Shown here piece by piece: positions 27,006-39,670 of a DNA stretch of 64,000 nt (the first letter of the stretch is position 1; the number at the start of each line of letters is the position of its first letter). The translations under genes were made by a program, and so were the position numbers. This DNA is from Octopus vulgaris. Its lineage: Eukaryota. The stretch is taken from positions 3,286,001-3,350,000 of the forward strand of contig OX597819.1 of NCBI GenBank assembly GCA_951406725.2. Reading direction: 5' to 3'. The notes below the pieces were generated by a model. That model was not told the origin of the DNA and searched no databases. It worked only from the letters and a program-made list of their open reading frames with translations.

Positions 27006-27597
27006 GTAAGCTTGTAAAAGTGTATTTTTGATGGTGCTTCGCAAAGTTGCACCATTCTTTTGTTACTAGTGTTGTATTTTTATCTTGTTTGTGTTTTTGT
27101 TGATTTTTGTCTCATTTTTCTTTGTGTTTAGGAATGAAAATATAATTTAATTTTCAAGTAGTGTTTTCTTTGTTATTGGTATGATTCCTTTGTCAAAATG
27201 TCTATGCTTCACTGTCAGTCTAAATAATGGATGCATTTGATACACTTGTAACATCATTTACTTGGATATGTCCCTGGAAAGAAGTTCAGAAAAATATTTG
27301 CTATCTAGATGGAATAGTGCTGATGAGTCGTGTTAATATAGTAGCAAGGCTTTGTTATGTGATAGAAGTTTGAAAGACTGCTGTTAAACATATCTATTGG
27401 TAAAATAAACTGTTAGGCTTTATTGTGGTGAAATAAATGTAGTTGTTTAAGAGGAGTGGATATTGTCTATTAATAGTGAACTCAATTCTTGGCCTCCTCT
27501 TGTTTATAATAGTTCTCCCGGCCACCCATGCTAATGACTATGTTCTTATAGCTGAATCACCAGAACTAGAAAAGAAATTCCAGTTGTGGAAGCATGG

Positions 27598-28525
27598 CCT
27601 GGACAAAATATACAAGTGGGCTGAAAAGAATAGCATGCAGTTCAATGCTGAAAAGTTTCAAGCTCTATACTATCAGCACGCAAAACTAAATGCAATATCC
27701 AATAAATACACTGGACCTGGAGGGACTGCAATCCCAGAGGCACAATCAGTGCGAGACCTGGGTATTTACATGAGTGATGATGCAACCTTTCATGTGCATG
27801 TTGCTAAATTGGCAATGAAATGTAGGCAGCTGACCGGATGGATTCTTAGAACCTTCAGAACAAGAGACCAGGAAACCATGATGGTCCTCTGGAGGACACT
27901 TGTCCTAAGCCACTTTGACTATTGCTCTCAGCTATGGTCACCAACCAGTGTCAAGTTAATCACAGAACTTGAGGCGATCCAACGAAGCTACACGAAGAAG
28001 ATAGCCTCTGTGCAGCATATAAGCTACTGGGAAAGACTCAAGAGATTAAGACTCTATTCCTTAGAGCGTAGGCGAGAAAGATATGCCATAATATACATCT
28101 GGAAGATCCTAGAAGGACTTGTCCCAAACTTTGGCATCAAGCGTTACACAAATGCCAGAACTGGGTGCCACTGCGTGGTGCCAAGGACTCCAAATTTACC
28201 ATCAAGATGTAGGACAAGATACTGTGATAGCCTGGGCTTCCGAGGCCCACAGCTCTTCAATATCCTCCCGAAGAACCTGAGAGACCTGCATGGGGTGGAT
28301 GCAGATGTCTTTAAAATGAAACTGGATCTCTTCTTGTCAGGTATCCCAGATGAACCAACTTCACGGCAGGAGGTGCAGATGAGGGCAGCTGCATCAAACT
28401 CTCTCATGCACCCAAATGGCAATTGCTAAAAGCATTCGTGAAGTAAAATCATGTAGCAACACCAAATGGCGGTGCCCCAGCATGGCCACAGCTTGTGAGC
28501 TGAAACTAGATAAATAAAAAAAAAA
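27598..28525 (+). mobile_element. 5'-truncated CR1/L2-group LINE (RT C-terminal region, open frame)
   Basis: W..N.MQFN..K, VRDLG, YCSQLWSP, LEAIQR, YWERLKxLxLYSLERRRERY motifs; short 3'UTR and A-rich tail. Confidence 0.85.
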
Positions 28526-28582
28526 TATATATATGTGTGTATATAAATATATATATGCACATTATATATATATATATATATA

Positions 28583-28955
28583 CTAGCAGAGACACCTGGC
28601 GTTGCCCGGTTACATTCAATTGAAGAATTAGACTTTTCTGTTATATATATATGGATACACACACACACATATATAATGTATATTAATATAAATACATGAA
28701 AGTACATGAAGTTTGTTAAAAAAAAAAAAAAGGGGGAATCATATATATACGTCCTGGCTGTGCACCTATGGTATTTGCAAAGGGAGGTCATCCCTCTCTC
28801 GTCAACCTAAGTGATATGCACGGACTGCAGTTTCTAGGTATTGACCAGTCATCAGCGTACGACAATCACCGGTTTTCGATGAAGGGAGACCGTTTGCAAA
28901 TCCTTATTTATGGTTTTTCCAGTAACTTTTCGTCACTGATTTCGAAAAACTGTCT
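28583..28955 (-). mobile_element. Helitron-like 3' terminus and non-autonomous fragment
   Basis: CTAG at 28583 in a TA run with a cctggcgttgcccgg subterminal hairpin, similar to 56226-56255; distal boundary uncertain. Confidence 0.5.
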
Positions 28956-29115
28956 GCAAGCAATAATAAATCTCTGAACGAGATGTAAACAGTAACTGCT
29001 CGACAACGTAAAGTATACTAGCCATCTCAATATGGCCATATTGAGATGGCTAGTATACTTTACATTGTCGAGCAGTTACTGTTTACATCTCGTTCAGAGA
29101 TTTATTATTGCTTGC
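28956..29115. repeat. 160-bp spacerless palindrome
   Basis: 80-bp arms centred on TATGG|CCATA (29035/29036); one mismatch seen (29007/29064). Confidence 0.95.
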
Positions 29116-29247
29116 CATTATTTTTTTGCTATTTACTTAATCATTGGTATTTTATTGTTATTTTAATTTTAATATTTCTATTATATGTAATTTTCTAGAT
29201 GGTATAATTTAATTGTTCATTTTGAATTGATAAAAGGTGGTTCTTTC

Positions 29248-29285
<38 letters not shown>

Positions 29286-29339
29286 TGTTGTTACAAGCAA
29301 GATGACGACAAATATCCGTCAATTCTAAATAATGTAAAT

Positions 29340-29396
<57 letters not shown>

Positions 29397-29843
29397 GTAT
29401 GTGTGTGTGTATGTATATATTGTTGTGTCCGGGGAGATTAATTCTCTTTTAGTGCCATATAATTTAGCACACTCACCTAAAGTAGCCATATCCAACCCAG
29501 ATATTCTAACCAGTTTTGTTTAAACTAATCAGGCTCAACCTCTTACACCTACCATGCAATGCCATTCTAACAATAAACATGTGTTATCAAAATTTTGATG
29601 CTACAAGATAATGTATGATGAATTCAATGTAGTTTGAATACGCATTAGAATTGAAAGATTATGTGGATGCGAAAAGGTTAAACTCATTCAATCATGATCA
29701 CAGCCTAAAGTTTTAATTAAATTGTATGCCCTATGATGTCTTTAACTGATCACTTTCATTATATAGCATATAAAAAATGTGAAATATTAGCGTATTTCAT
29801 AATCTGTTCAATTTAAAAATTTGTTTATATTATTTAATTTCAG

Positions 29844-29937
29844 TGCCCCTTTTACAATTCAAAGACTATGTGAGCTCATAACTGAACCAACCAGACACTA
29901 TAAAAGGAGTGATAAATTTCTGAGAGGCATTGAGAAG
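29844..29937 (+). CDS. PPP4R2: PPP4R2 exon 4 ([31 protein letters not shown])
   Basis: Hallmark [10 protein letters not shown]...KFLRGxEK of the PPP4R2/Psy4 family; CAG at 29841-29843, GTA donor at 29938. Confidence 0.97.
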
Positions 29938-31194
29938 GTAACCATCTGAATTTAGATCAATCTGCATTAGTTTTCAAATTTCTTTTTTGTTATGTCTGCC
30001 TTTGTTTAACGAAGAGAGAGATTGTTGTTGTGGCTAGTGTTTTGCTTTTCATTTTCATTTGTTTTCACCATGCTTTCATATTTTCATTGTTTGGCTTGAT
30101 CTCTGTTTAGTTTTTTTTTCTGATACATCTCCCTGTAATACAAATAAAAGGCTTATGTTTGAAACACTTTTAGAGGAATTCATTAATAATATATCCAGTC
30201 AGTTTTCTTGGAAATTCTCTACATTCTTCACCTACAAATCTTGTACAATATTCTACTTCACAGCAATTTTTTATTTCTAATATTTTGATGGATGTATATC
30301 GTGCAAACTCCAAATTTTTCATATCTTTTTTTTTTTTTTTTTCACTTTTATTACATATAAACTAATTATTCAAGATACTTATTCTTATTGCAAGTATTTT
30401 TTTTATTTTGCAAGCACATTTTTCAGATTTTGATAAATTCACAAATAATTTCATCTTCAATTTGGCATTTGGATTATTATTTTTAATTGAAAATATAATT
30501 CTTACTTTAGAGTTTAACTAAAGGTGTCCAGAGAAACCATACCAAAGCAGAAATTGAAGCCCAGTGCAATCAATTCTTTGGCTCATCGGATCCTGTCAAA
30601 ACCATCCAACCCTTGCCAGTATGGAATATGGACATCAAACGAAAATGAGATACATGAAAAAATTTTTCTATCAGTGATAGAAACCTAAATTCATTATGAA
30701 TACAGTGAAATCCCATAACTAATGAAATTGTAAATGTCATCCAATTTATTGGCAGTTCTGTCACACATTATTCTATGATGATACAAAGAAGTTTGCTGTA
30801 AACCTCCTGATCTTGAATTTTGTCAATGCCATTTTTTTCTCTTTCAAGTGACCTACCTCTGTACAAGTATTACTGTGCAGACATAGGGAAGTTCAGGTTG
30901 TGTAGATTGGATATGTGTTTTACGCAAGAAGACTGGGGGAATATGTTGACATGATCCATCTAGAACAGCATATAATATTTTGGGGGTGCATTAATAAGTT
31001 CAGAACTGTAAGTGTAGGTATGTGCTTAGCAAGGTAGATAATAAAACTGATGTGGTTTGGGTGAATGATAGAATTAGTGGTTAGGTTTCCATTCATAATG
31101 TAAGGATAGAAGTATAATTAGGTTTTGATAGTTAATGTGTCACTAATCTCTGAAAAAGCATTAAGGACTAAATGAGAACTCTACCCCAAGAACA

Positions 31195-31412
31195 TTAACC
31201 CTCTTGATACCAACCTGCATGAGACTACTCTTGTTATCTATGATACAAGCTTCCTGTTTTGTAGCAATTTAAATTAAAACCATCCATCAAAATTTCATGT
31301 TAATTTATGTTAATAAACACTAGCTTAATGGTAAAGCTATTTTACTAAATATATTATTTTCAAGATTAATTAAAGTGTATTTCAGCAGAAATCCGGTAAT
31401 ATAAGGGGTCAA
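31195..31412. mobile_element. TTAA-CCC MITE (piggyBac-like, non-autonomous)
   Basis: ttaaccct...ggggtcaa ends; homologous copy at about 11707-11910 interrupts a SINE. Confidence 0.55.
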
Positions 31413-31482
31413 GTATATGAATGCCGAAAGATCCCTGAGCCTATTGCAAACCTTCAGAAAATATATAACAAAAAATTTACAT

Positions 31483-31862
31483 GGCGCAGGAGTGGCTGTG
31501 TGGTAAGTAGCTTGCTTACCAACCACATGGTTCCGGGTTCAGTCCCACTGCGTGGCACCTTGGGCAAGTGTCTTCTACTATAGCCTCGGGCCGACCAAAG
31601 CCTTGTGAGTGGATTTGGTAGACGGAAACTGAAAGAATCCAGTCGTATATATGTTTGTGTGTCTGTGTTTGTCCCCCTAGCATTGCTTGACAACCGATGC
31701 TGGTGTGTTTATGTCTCCGTCACTTAGCGGTTCGGCAAAAGAGACCGATAGAATAAGTACTGGGCTTACAAAAGAATAAGTCCCGGGGTCGAGTTGCTTG
31801 ACTGAAGGCGGTGCTCCAGCATGGCCGCAATCAAATGACTGAAACAAGTAAAAGAATAAAAG
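31483..31862 (+). mobile_element. Full-length tRNA-derived SINE with CORE-like segment
   Basis: A-box TGGCTGTGTGG, B-box GGTTCAGTCC, accttgggcaagt CORE-like motif, internal (TG)n, tail ...gactgaaacaagtaaaaga. Other copies at about 51206-51561(-), 59131-59497(+), 59815-60030(-). Confidence 0.85.
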
Positions 31863-32507
31863 AGAGAGAGAGAGTATGAAAAAGAGAAGTGAATAATAAT
31901 GAGGAGGATAACTAAGGTATTTAATAATAATCGTCTAGTATAGGGGGGGGGGTAGAGCAGAAACTACTTAGATTACAGGCTCTGAGAATGACAGGTGTCT
32001 ACAAAATAATGTAAAGACTGTAAGTATTCTTTAGCACAAAGAAACCCTTCAATTTCAAACAGCCCTTCTAGATGCAAATATTCTTACAAATTCTAAATCT
32101 ACATGTTATAAAATATTGCTGTCACATTTGTTGGTGTGTATATTCAGAAGTTATTTACTTCATTGATAATGTAAAAAATCTTGCAACTCTTGATCTGCCC
32201 TGTTCTGTTTTTTCTATTACTAATATAATAAACTAATAATAATTCACCAGAACTTAATTGCTAAATCTATTTTGCTTCTTTCTGATTGTATTGTTGCTCT
32301 CCCTAATCTCTACACCAAAATTTAAAGGTATTAAGAGACTGCTGCCTTGTGGAAAAAACTCTTACCTTGTGTTTTAGCATTTCTTTTAAAAACCAAATTT
32401 TACAACCAAGTTTTCTTAAATCAGTCTTTCATTACTCTTATTTATCTTCCCATGTAGGATGTCCGATACTCTACAAAAAATTAAAATAAAATTCTCTCCT
32501 TTTTCAG

Positions 32508-32545
32508 AACATCATGGTTGTTAGCACTGTGGATCCATACGGAAG
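32508..32545 (+). CDS. PPP4R2: PPP4R2 exon 5 (NIMVVSTVDPYGR)
   Basis: ctctcctttttcag acceptor and GTTAG donor at 32546; N(I/V)MVVS motif continues exon 4 in phase 0. Confidence 0.93.
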
Positions 32546-32752
32546 GTTAGTACATATTTCAATTGAAAGTACTTGACAGTTATTTAACTTCAAAAATTCA
32601 TAAGTCTTAGTTAAAATAACCCATTTAAAGATAGAAATTGAAAACTATTTTTATCCTTTTGATATCTGTACATTAACGTTTTTCTCACTTTTATTGTTTC
32701 ATGTTTAGTTACATGTATAACTGTCATAAGACTTGCTTTTCTTTCTCTTTAG

Positions 32753-33450
32753 AAAAGTTGTTTGTGAGTCACGGAATATTGTTAATGGGATTGATATTAA
32801 TGGACATACTGCATCAATACGTACCCCACCACACACTCCTCCACCATTGCCTGTTCCTTCACCGCCTCTTTGGCAAGCAACTTCCATTGATTCTGCTACC
32901 ATCTGGCCATCTTCTAAGTCTGATTCTGATAAACCAGACAGTCCGACATACGATGAAAACTGTGATGAACGAAATGTGTCGCTTAGTAGTAGGACATTAC
33001 CTTCACCACCGCTACCAGGAACAGTCCATTCTACAGATTTAGGTAACAACAATGTAGAAATTAATAACTCTTCAATTGCAGAAGATAAGTGTGATAAAGA
33101 GGATTCTTCATCTTCTTTTGACTCCATATCTGATGACCGAGACTCTGTTCAATCTTCTACTAGTAGCAGTGGGGAAGAGTCTACTTTAAGTAGTGGTGAT
33201 GATAATTCTCAACAGTCTCCTACTAGTCAAAATGGTCATGAAGAAAGTACTGAACTATCTACAGCAGACAGCTGTGCCAATCATCAGCCAAGGGAACTAA
33301 CCCAAAAAGACCCACCAGCTACTGATGTATTAGCAGATATAATGCAACTGGAGGAAGAAAACAGTAGAAGCAAACTGGAGACTAAAATGGAAGACATTCA
33401 AACACAACCAGCTTCATCGGAGAGCAGTTCGATTTCTAACAGTTTCCATA
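32753..33450 (+). CDS. PPP4R2: PPP4R2 exon 6 (Pro/Ser/acidic low-complexity region)
   Basis: Acceptor ...ctctttag at 32752 in the phase required by exon 5; lies in ORF 32733-33650; donor GTGAGT at 33451. Confidence 0.85.
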
Positions 33451-33596
33451 GTGAGTCAATTCTTAATCATTTGTTCTCCTTCATAATGTTAAATTTTACC
33501 TATAAATACTTAACTTTTATTTATTTCTCTATTAAATGTTACACTTTCTTTCTCTCCCTTGTACATATATTTAACCCATTTTTTCTTTATTTGCAG

Positions 33597-34306
33597 TTAT
33601 ATCTGAAGAAACTTCGAAAGTTCAGTTCATTCTTCCAAAAGATATGGTAAAGAACTGTGACAGTTCTGATTCAGTTACAAACAAATCCAGTTTGACAACA
33701 AACACTAGCAGTACTATTACGAGTTCTATCACAGCAAGTCATACATGTGCATCAGTACCCACAAATCAGTTACAGCCAGAGCTGTGCCAAGACTCAAGCA
33801 CTCCACTGTCATCAACATCATCTTTCTCTTCACAATCTTTTCCCTCATCTGCAGATATTTCTGAAACCACTGATGTACCAGTGTCCCACCATGAACCTAC
33901 AGTAAAGATCTGTTCTTCTGCTAATACCAGCACTTCAGAGGCTGCTACTGTAGCACAAGCAGAGTCTGCTGATAATGCAGACTCGGTCGTTACTGATATT
34001 GCTTGTACAGACAATTCAGTTTCTTCTTCTGATGAAATGACACCAGCTATATCAGAAGCTGACAATACCCAGATACCTCAACCAGATGAAGAGAGTAAAA
34101 GATGTGAGGAAGACAATGACAGTAATGAAGCATCTTCAGTCATGGAAACTAACTGTTGCCAACCTGATCAAATGCTGCAAAAGGAGGATGGAGGAACCAA
34201 CAGTTCAGTTTCTGAAAGTGCTGACGTTTCTGCTTCCACTACAAGTGTAACATCTCCCCAAGTTCCAGAATCTAATACTCCAGATGAAGAACCAATGGAG
34301 TTATAG
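33597..34306 (+). CDS. PPP4R2: PPP4R2 last coding exon (Ser/Thr/acidic tail ending ...PDEEPMEL*)
   Basis: ttgcag acceptor at 33596; phase 1 join puts it in frame with ORF 33644-34306; C-terminal EEPME matches the recalled vertebrate PPP4R2 end (DEPMEQD). Confidence 0.85.
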
Positions 34307-36511
34307 CTGAAGAATATTTGCAAGGAGACTTGGAATCATTGTTCCTGTTATTGCCACCACAATTGCCCACATCTATGCATCATTCGTTATAAGTTATAAT
34401 TTCTTTTAACCATTGCAACCTCTTATTGTATTACTTTTCTGGAAGAGAACAAATAAGTTTATTTTAGCTCTGTTTCTCAAACAGAATTGCTTTTTATAAT
34501 CCTGACAATTTGAATTTTGTTTTCCTCCATGGCTTCCTTTTATTACTTCTAATACCTGTTTAAGGTCAATATTTCTTAAGGATTTTTTAATATTGTTCTA
34601 TGTTGCAGGAGCAGTTAAATTGAAATACTCTTTCGTTCTGTTGATAACTTGATATTTTTGTTTTACAAAGTACAGATAGCTTTAAAAGTTTTTTTCATAT
34701 ATAAATACCTTATTGGTATAAATATTGGTTTATTGAGTAGAATGTTTTAAATGGTAATGGGAGGGTTTAGTACTGATATTAAAAGAATTCAGAAGTGATG
34801 TAAGACAAGTTACATTTCAAGATCTTAACCTTTTAATTACATTACTAAATTTGACTTCTTCCCTGGCAAAGTTATATTTTAGATAAAAGAAATGAAAATA
34901 GTAGGATTTTAAATGATCAAAAAGGGTTGGCTTCATGTATCTCATGGTTGCTTTATTTCTTTTCTTAAAACTGTTAATTTTTATTTAAAAAAAGTTTTTT
35001 TTTGTCATTATTATATTAGTTTCAGTCCTAATTTTTTTTCCCAACTCTTTTAGTGTTTATGTTCTTTAAAAATATAAACTGTAAGATGTTTGAATCTAGT
35101 CCAACTTTTAATTTTTTGTGAAGTGCCCTGTTTTTCTCCGCTAAAGAATTTATAATAAAGCATAACTTGCTTAAGTTCAAAACTAATTTCTCTTAGTTTA
35201 TCCCTGTGTTTATTCTATCTTCAAAGACTTTGGAAATAATTATTTTATCTAAAAGTACTCTTAATCTTCATCCTGCCATTTTACTGTTTTTGTTGTGTTG
35301 TTCGTTGTCTTAGAACCAAAGTTGATTGTAGAAATGGGCATGTACTCTTTGAACAAGAACATTTATTTTTTGTTCAGTGGTGGCTTAATAACTGCATATC
35401 TTTCAGTAGCATTGTTATTCTGGGTCAAGTTCTTGTTTTCAATTGTTTATAACACTATCTGGTTGGTTGTCAGCGGGGAAAAACTGTTTTCCTCCAGTCT
35501 CAATATTTGACCAACTCAGAGCAACATTCTCAAATAAAGATTCCAGCAAACCACTTACAATATAATGTTTCTGATTTTGTTCCTTTATTTCCTTTTTCCA
35601 TTTTTTTCTCTGTGCCTGATTCATCTCGGCATAAATGTATAACAGTCTATGATATTTAGCTGAAGATAAAGCTTTGTTTTGTATTATGTCCTAGAGCTTA
35701 TATTTAATCTTGAAGAGCAAATATTTCCTCTCAACCTTTTCACTTAAAATTATAATTTGGAAACCATATTATAAAGGCGTGGTAGCTGGAAATTCAAAAC
35801 ACTGGAAAAGTGGGTTGAGTACACATTTCATCGCATACATTGTACTGTTGTTGTCTCGGCAATTTACTTTACGTTCATGGCAGAAATTATGCTCCCATTT
35901 GATAATCTTTTGCAGTATTCACAATCCAGGTAGTGGGGTTTCAATGTTTGTATGCCTGGCTTATAAAACCAGGTAAAATACATCCAAGGATATTGGTCAC
36001 ATTGGAATACCTGGTAAATATTGGTTTTATGCAGGGTTTTTTTCTACCTTCATTGATACCAAAAATATCATAACACTAGTGTCAGCACAATTGGCACTTG
36101 CAAAATATTTGCATTAATGTATTTTAATGTCATGAAATCTAATGTAATTTTCATATTGTTTGTACTTTTTTTTTTTTAAATCTTAAACTGAAAAATGTAA
36201 ATACTTAGATTTTTTTTTAAATGTGAAAATAGGTGTTTATAATTTGCATTTTCTTGGTTAGAAATGACAGAAATGTAAATATCAGGACTTGGAACCTAAA
36301 GTTCTCTGAATTTGTTAAAAATGTAAACTAAATGCAAGTATCTTACTGTATTTGGGTTGTGCTTGAGCTCTATAATAGTTGAAATGTAGTAGTGAAAGTC
36401 ATATTTTGAAATATTTCTCATTTGTTTTTCATTACTCTACAATTAGTTCATCAGTTTGGAAACTTGGAAACTCCTACTACGTAAAAATTGTGGAGCCGTA
36501 TTTCTATGGTA

Positions 36512-36517
36512 AATAAA
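36512..36517 (+). terminator. Candidate poly(A) signal of PPP4R2 (3'UTR about 2.2 kb, no recognisable TEs)
   Basis: AATAAA followed by a GT/T-rich tract near 36542-36558; TGTAAATA (Pumilio-type) elements at 36196 and 36274. Confidence 0.5.
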
Positions 36518-37780
36518 AATATAAAATTTACAAGGTAACAACTGTTTACTTTTTTCTTCAATGCATTCCCAAAAGTATGAACTGGTTTAGACAAACATTT
36601 TAATTTTTGAATGAACGAATGTATGTATATAATAAAATTATATGAATATGGTTTTTTAGCTGTGTTCTTACTGAATATTATTAGCTACTACTAAATACAA
36701 GCATTCATGAAGGGAGATACTCAATATTGTAAAAATATAACAATTCTTTAGGGGAACAATGGAATGTGAAATGGTCTCCCTATGATCTTCACGGCAACTC
36801 TGGTGATGTTTCACCGAAGTATAAACTTCACTATATTTGCCAAAGTAGTAATGAAAGAATCCCTGGGTTAATGTACCAATATCATATATTTCAAATGAAA
36901 AGCATTAGTAAGTTTAGAAAATGAATCTTTGAGATAATTGCATTGTGAATTCTTGAATATGCACTTCGTAATTTACCTTGCGACTGTTTCTAAGCTGTCT
37001 GCAGTTGTCTCCCCACTATTTCACTGCTGAAGCAAAAAATCTTTCCAGACAGTTCTTTCAGTTCATTTCATATGTACTGAGTTTGAGTCACTGAGAGAGT
37101 AATTAAGGTCTTCTGTCCATTATCTTAATTTCCCACTCCTCTTTAGGTAAAAATTTTATTCCTTTAATTACTCTTTAACAGTGACTGCTTAATATTTTCA
37201 CTTGATGGCAATGACTCAATATTTTTTTTTTTTTACTAAAAACCCCCACTTGTATCAGTTTGAATGATTTCCTCTCGTCAACTCTAGCACTCTCCACACT
37301 CTGTCTCTTATTCTTAGGTCACTCTCCTCACAATCAACTTCTTACTTTCTCTATTTACTCTACTCATCTACTTGCAATCTCTTCCTTCTTAACCTATTCA
37401 CTTCCTCCTCTCTTCTGTTGGTTGTAACTTTACCACTTTTTCATGCCTCACTGGAACAAAATCTATTGATGCCTCCACTGTCTTGGATTTTATTGCTGTT
37501 GCCAATGCAAACTCTCATTGGTTACCTTGGATTCTGAATTGTTAAAATGTTAGTCATTGAGTTAATGTATTTTAGTCCTGTATTAGTATTTTTTATTGGA
37601 TTTACAATTTCAGTGCATTAAATATGTTAACCCTAACTTAACTATAGAAGTAATTAAATTGGTTGAATTATTGAAAAGTAGAACAGTTGAAGAAACCCTA
37701 TTTCCTTTCTGAATAAAGCTCACCTTGTAATCAATGTATGTCACTTGTTTTCTCTTAACTTTTTATTTTATTAATAATAA

Positions 37781-39144
37781 TTAGCTGTACCTATGGAAAT
37801 TCCATGGTAAATATGAAATTTTGTGGATGGTTGGAAGTTTATATAGAGCAACCAAAATTAGTGTTTCTTTTGAAATTGCTTATTCTGTATTATTTTCATT
37901 TAAAAGCACCTTTCAAATCTGGTTTAGGCTGTAATTAAGGGACCATGATTTTCATATACTCTCAGCAGTTCAGAGGTTCATTTATAAATCTAAGAGTTCA
38001 CAGTAATTACTGAGAATATTCATGTCACCAATGTAACTTTCAACTCTACATTTGCTGTTACTTTTTTGATGTTCTCTCTCATTTTCTATTCTATGGTGAA
38101 CATAATCTCTTATCTGTTGTAAATACTCACTCTATACTCTTTGATTCATATTTTCCCTTCTGCACTGATGCTTCTCTGCTTGTTCTAGTGATTTGACACT
38201 CTGCTTCTCCTTATGCCGTTTCATTCTTTCTCTTGCTAGCTTACATCGTGTCATCCATATTTTGTAACCAAATTTCAGTTTTCAAGTGAGCAGATGGTAT
38301 ATATATATATATAGTTGCACTTGTGTGTATGCATTAAGTGATAGGTGATGTAAAAAGTTTAGTTAAAAAAAGAAATCAACATTTTTCACTTTCCACTCAC
38401 CACCACCACCATTGTCATAACTTTCAGTAACAGTTTGGTTATTTGCCAACCAAGGTTGTTTGATTTCAGTTTAGATGTTTGTATCAACTTTTCTTGTTGT
38501 CAATACATTGTTTGAAAAATAAGTTAAAAAGAATAACATCCATGGTTATTTTGCTAAGTTATTTCACTTTCATTGAAAGATCTTTGTATTTATGATAAGT
38601 TTATTATTATAGCTGATGTAAACCTTCTTTCTTCTGTCCACCCATCGATGTATTTATCAATGTAGATAGATAGACCAACAGAGAGTAGAAAATGTAAGAA
38701 ATTGAATATTAAAATGTTATTTTCTTATCAGTCACAATATGATGTTTAAAATTTCCCTCTGTTAAACACTTTATATTTCTCTCTTTACCTTTTATTTCAA
38801 CTAACTTTTTAACCATGTCATTCCTCTCTTCATCTTATCATTTCTCTCTTTCTCTTCACCTCTGATTTCCACTAACCACATGACAGCATAATGCACTATT
38901 CTCTCTCTCTCTTTTTCTACCTCTCACTCTCAGTATAACTTCATCTCTGTAACCTCACCACCAGAACATCCTCCTCTGCTAAACATTGGATTTCTAACTC
39001 TCTTTCTCAATATCTCTTCTTTCAATTAACTTTTTAAACACATAACTATTACCTCATCTTATCACTTCTCTCCCTCTTTTTCTTTCTCTTCAACTAATTA
39101 CGTGACAGCATAATGCATTCAGCTTTAGTGTATTAATATATAGA
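37781..39144 (-). mobile_element. Probable non-autonomous Helitron-like element
   Basis: Minus-strand 5' TCTATATATTAATA at 39144; 3' hairpin tacc(t)atggaaattccatggta followed by CTAA (degenerate CTAG). Confidence 0.4.
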
Positions 39145-39670
39145 TCATCATCATCATCATCGTTTAGCGTCCGCTCTCCATGCTAGCATGGGTTGGACTG
39201 TTCAACTGGGGTCTGTGAAACCAGAAGGCTGCATCAGGCCCAGTCTGATCTGGCAGTGTTTCTACGGCTGGATGCCCTTCTTAATGCCAACCACTCCGTG
39301 AGTGTAGTGGGTGCTTTTTACATGCCACCCGCACAGGTGCCAGATGGAGCTGGCAAACGGCCATGGACGGATGGTGCTTTTTACGTGCCACCGGCACAGG
39401 GGCCAGGCGAGGCTGGCAACGGCCATGATCGGATGGTGTTTTTTACATGCCACCGGCACGGGGGCCAGGCGAGGCTGGCAACAGCCATGATCGGATGGTG
39501 CTTTTTACATGCCACCGGCACGGGGGCCAGGCGAGGCTGGCAACGGCCATGATCGGATGGTGCTTTTTACATGCCACTGGCACGGGGGCCAGGCGAGGCT
39601 GGCAACGGACACGAACGGATGGTGCTTCTACGTGCCACCGGCATGAGGGCCAGTCGGGGCGGCGCTGGCA
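39145..39670 (-). mobile_element. RTE-type 3'UTR element containing a 62-bp minisatellite
   Basis: (cat)n end; units start at 39369, 39431, 39493, 39555 and 39617 (period 62). Confidence 0.85.

Noticed and set aside
31483-31560. tRNA gene
   Set aside because: A and B boxes are present, but the sequence continues into a multi-copy SINE body with no clean cloverleaf.
33451-33650. Hydrophobic C-terminal extension of ORF 32733-33650
   Set aside because: Read-through into a 146-nt GT-AG intron (33451-33596), then out of frame into exon 7.
39369-39670. CRISPR-like repeat/spacer appearance (also 12400-12690)
   Set aside because: Eukaryotic context, spacers are related to one another, the array sits inside a retroelement 3'UTR, and there are no cas genes.
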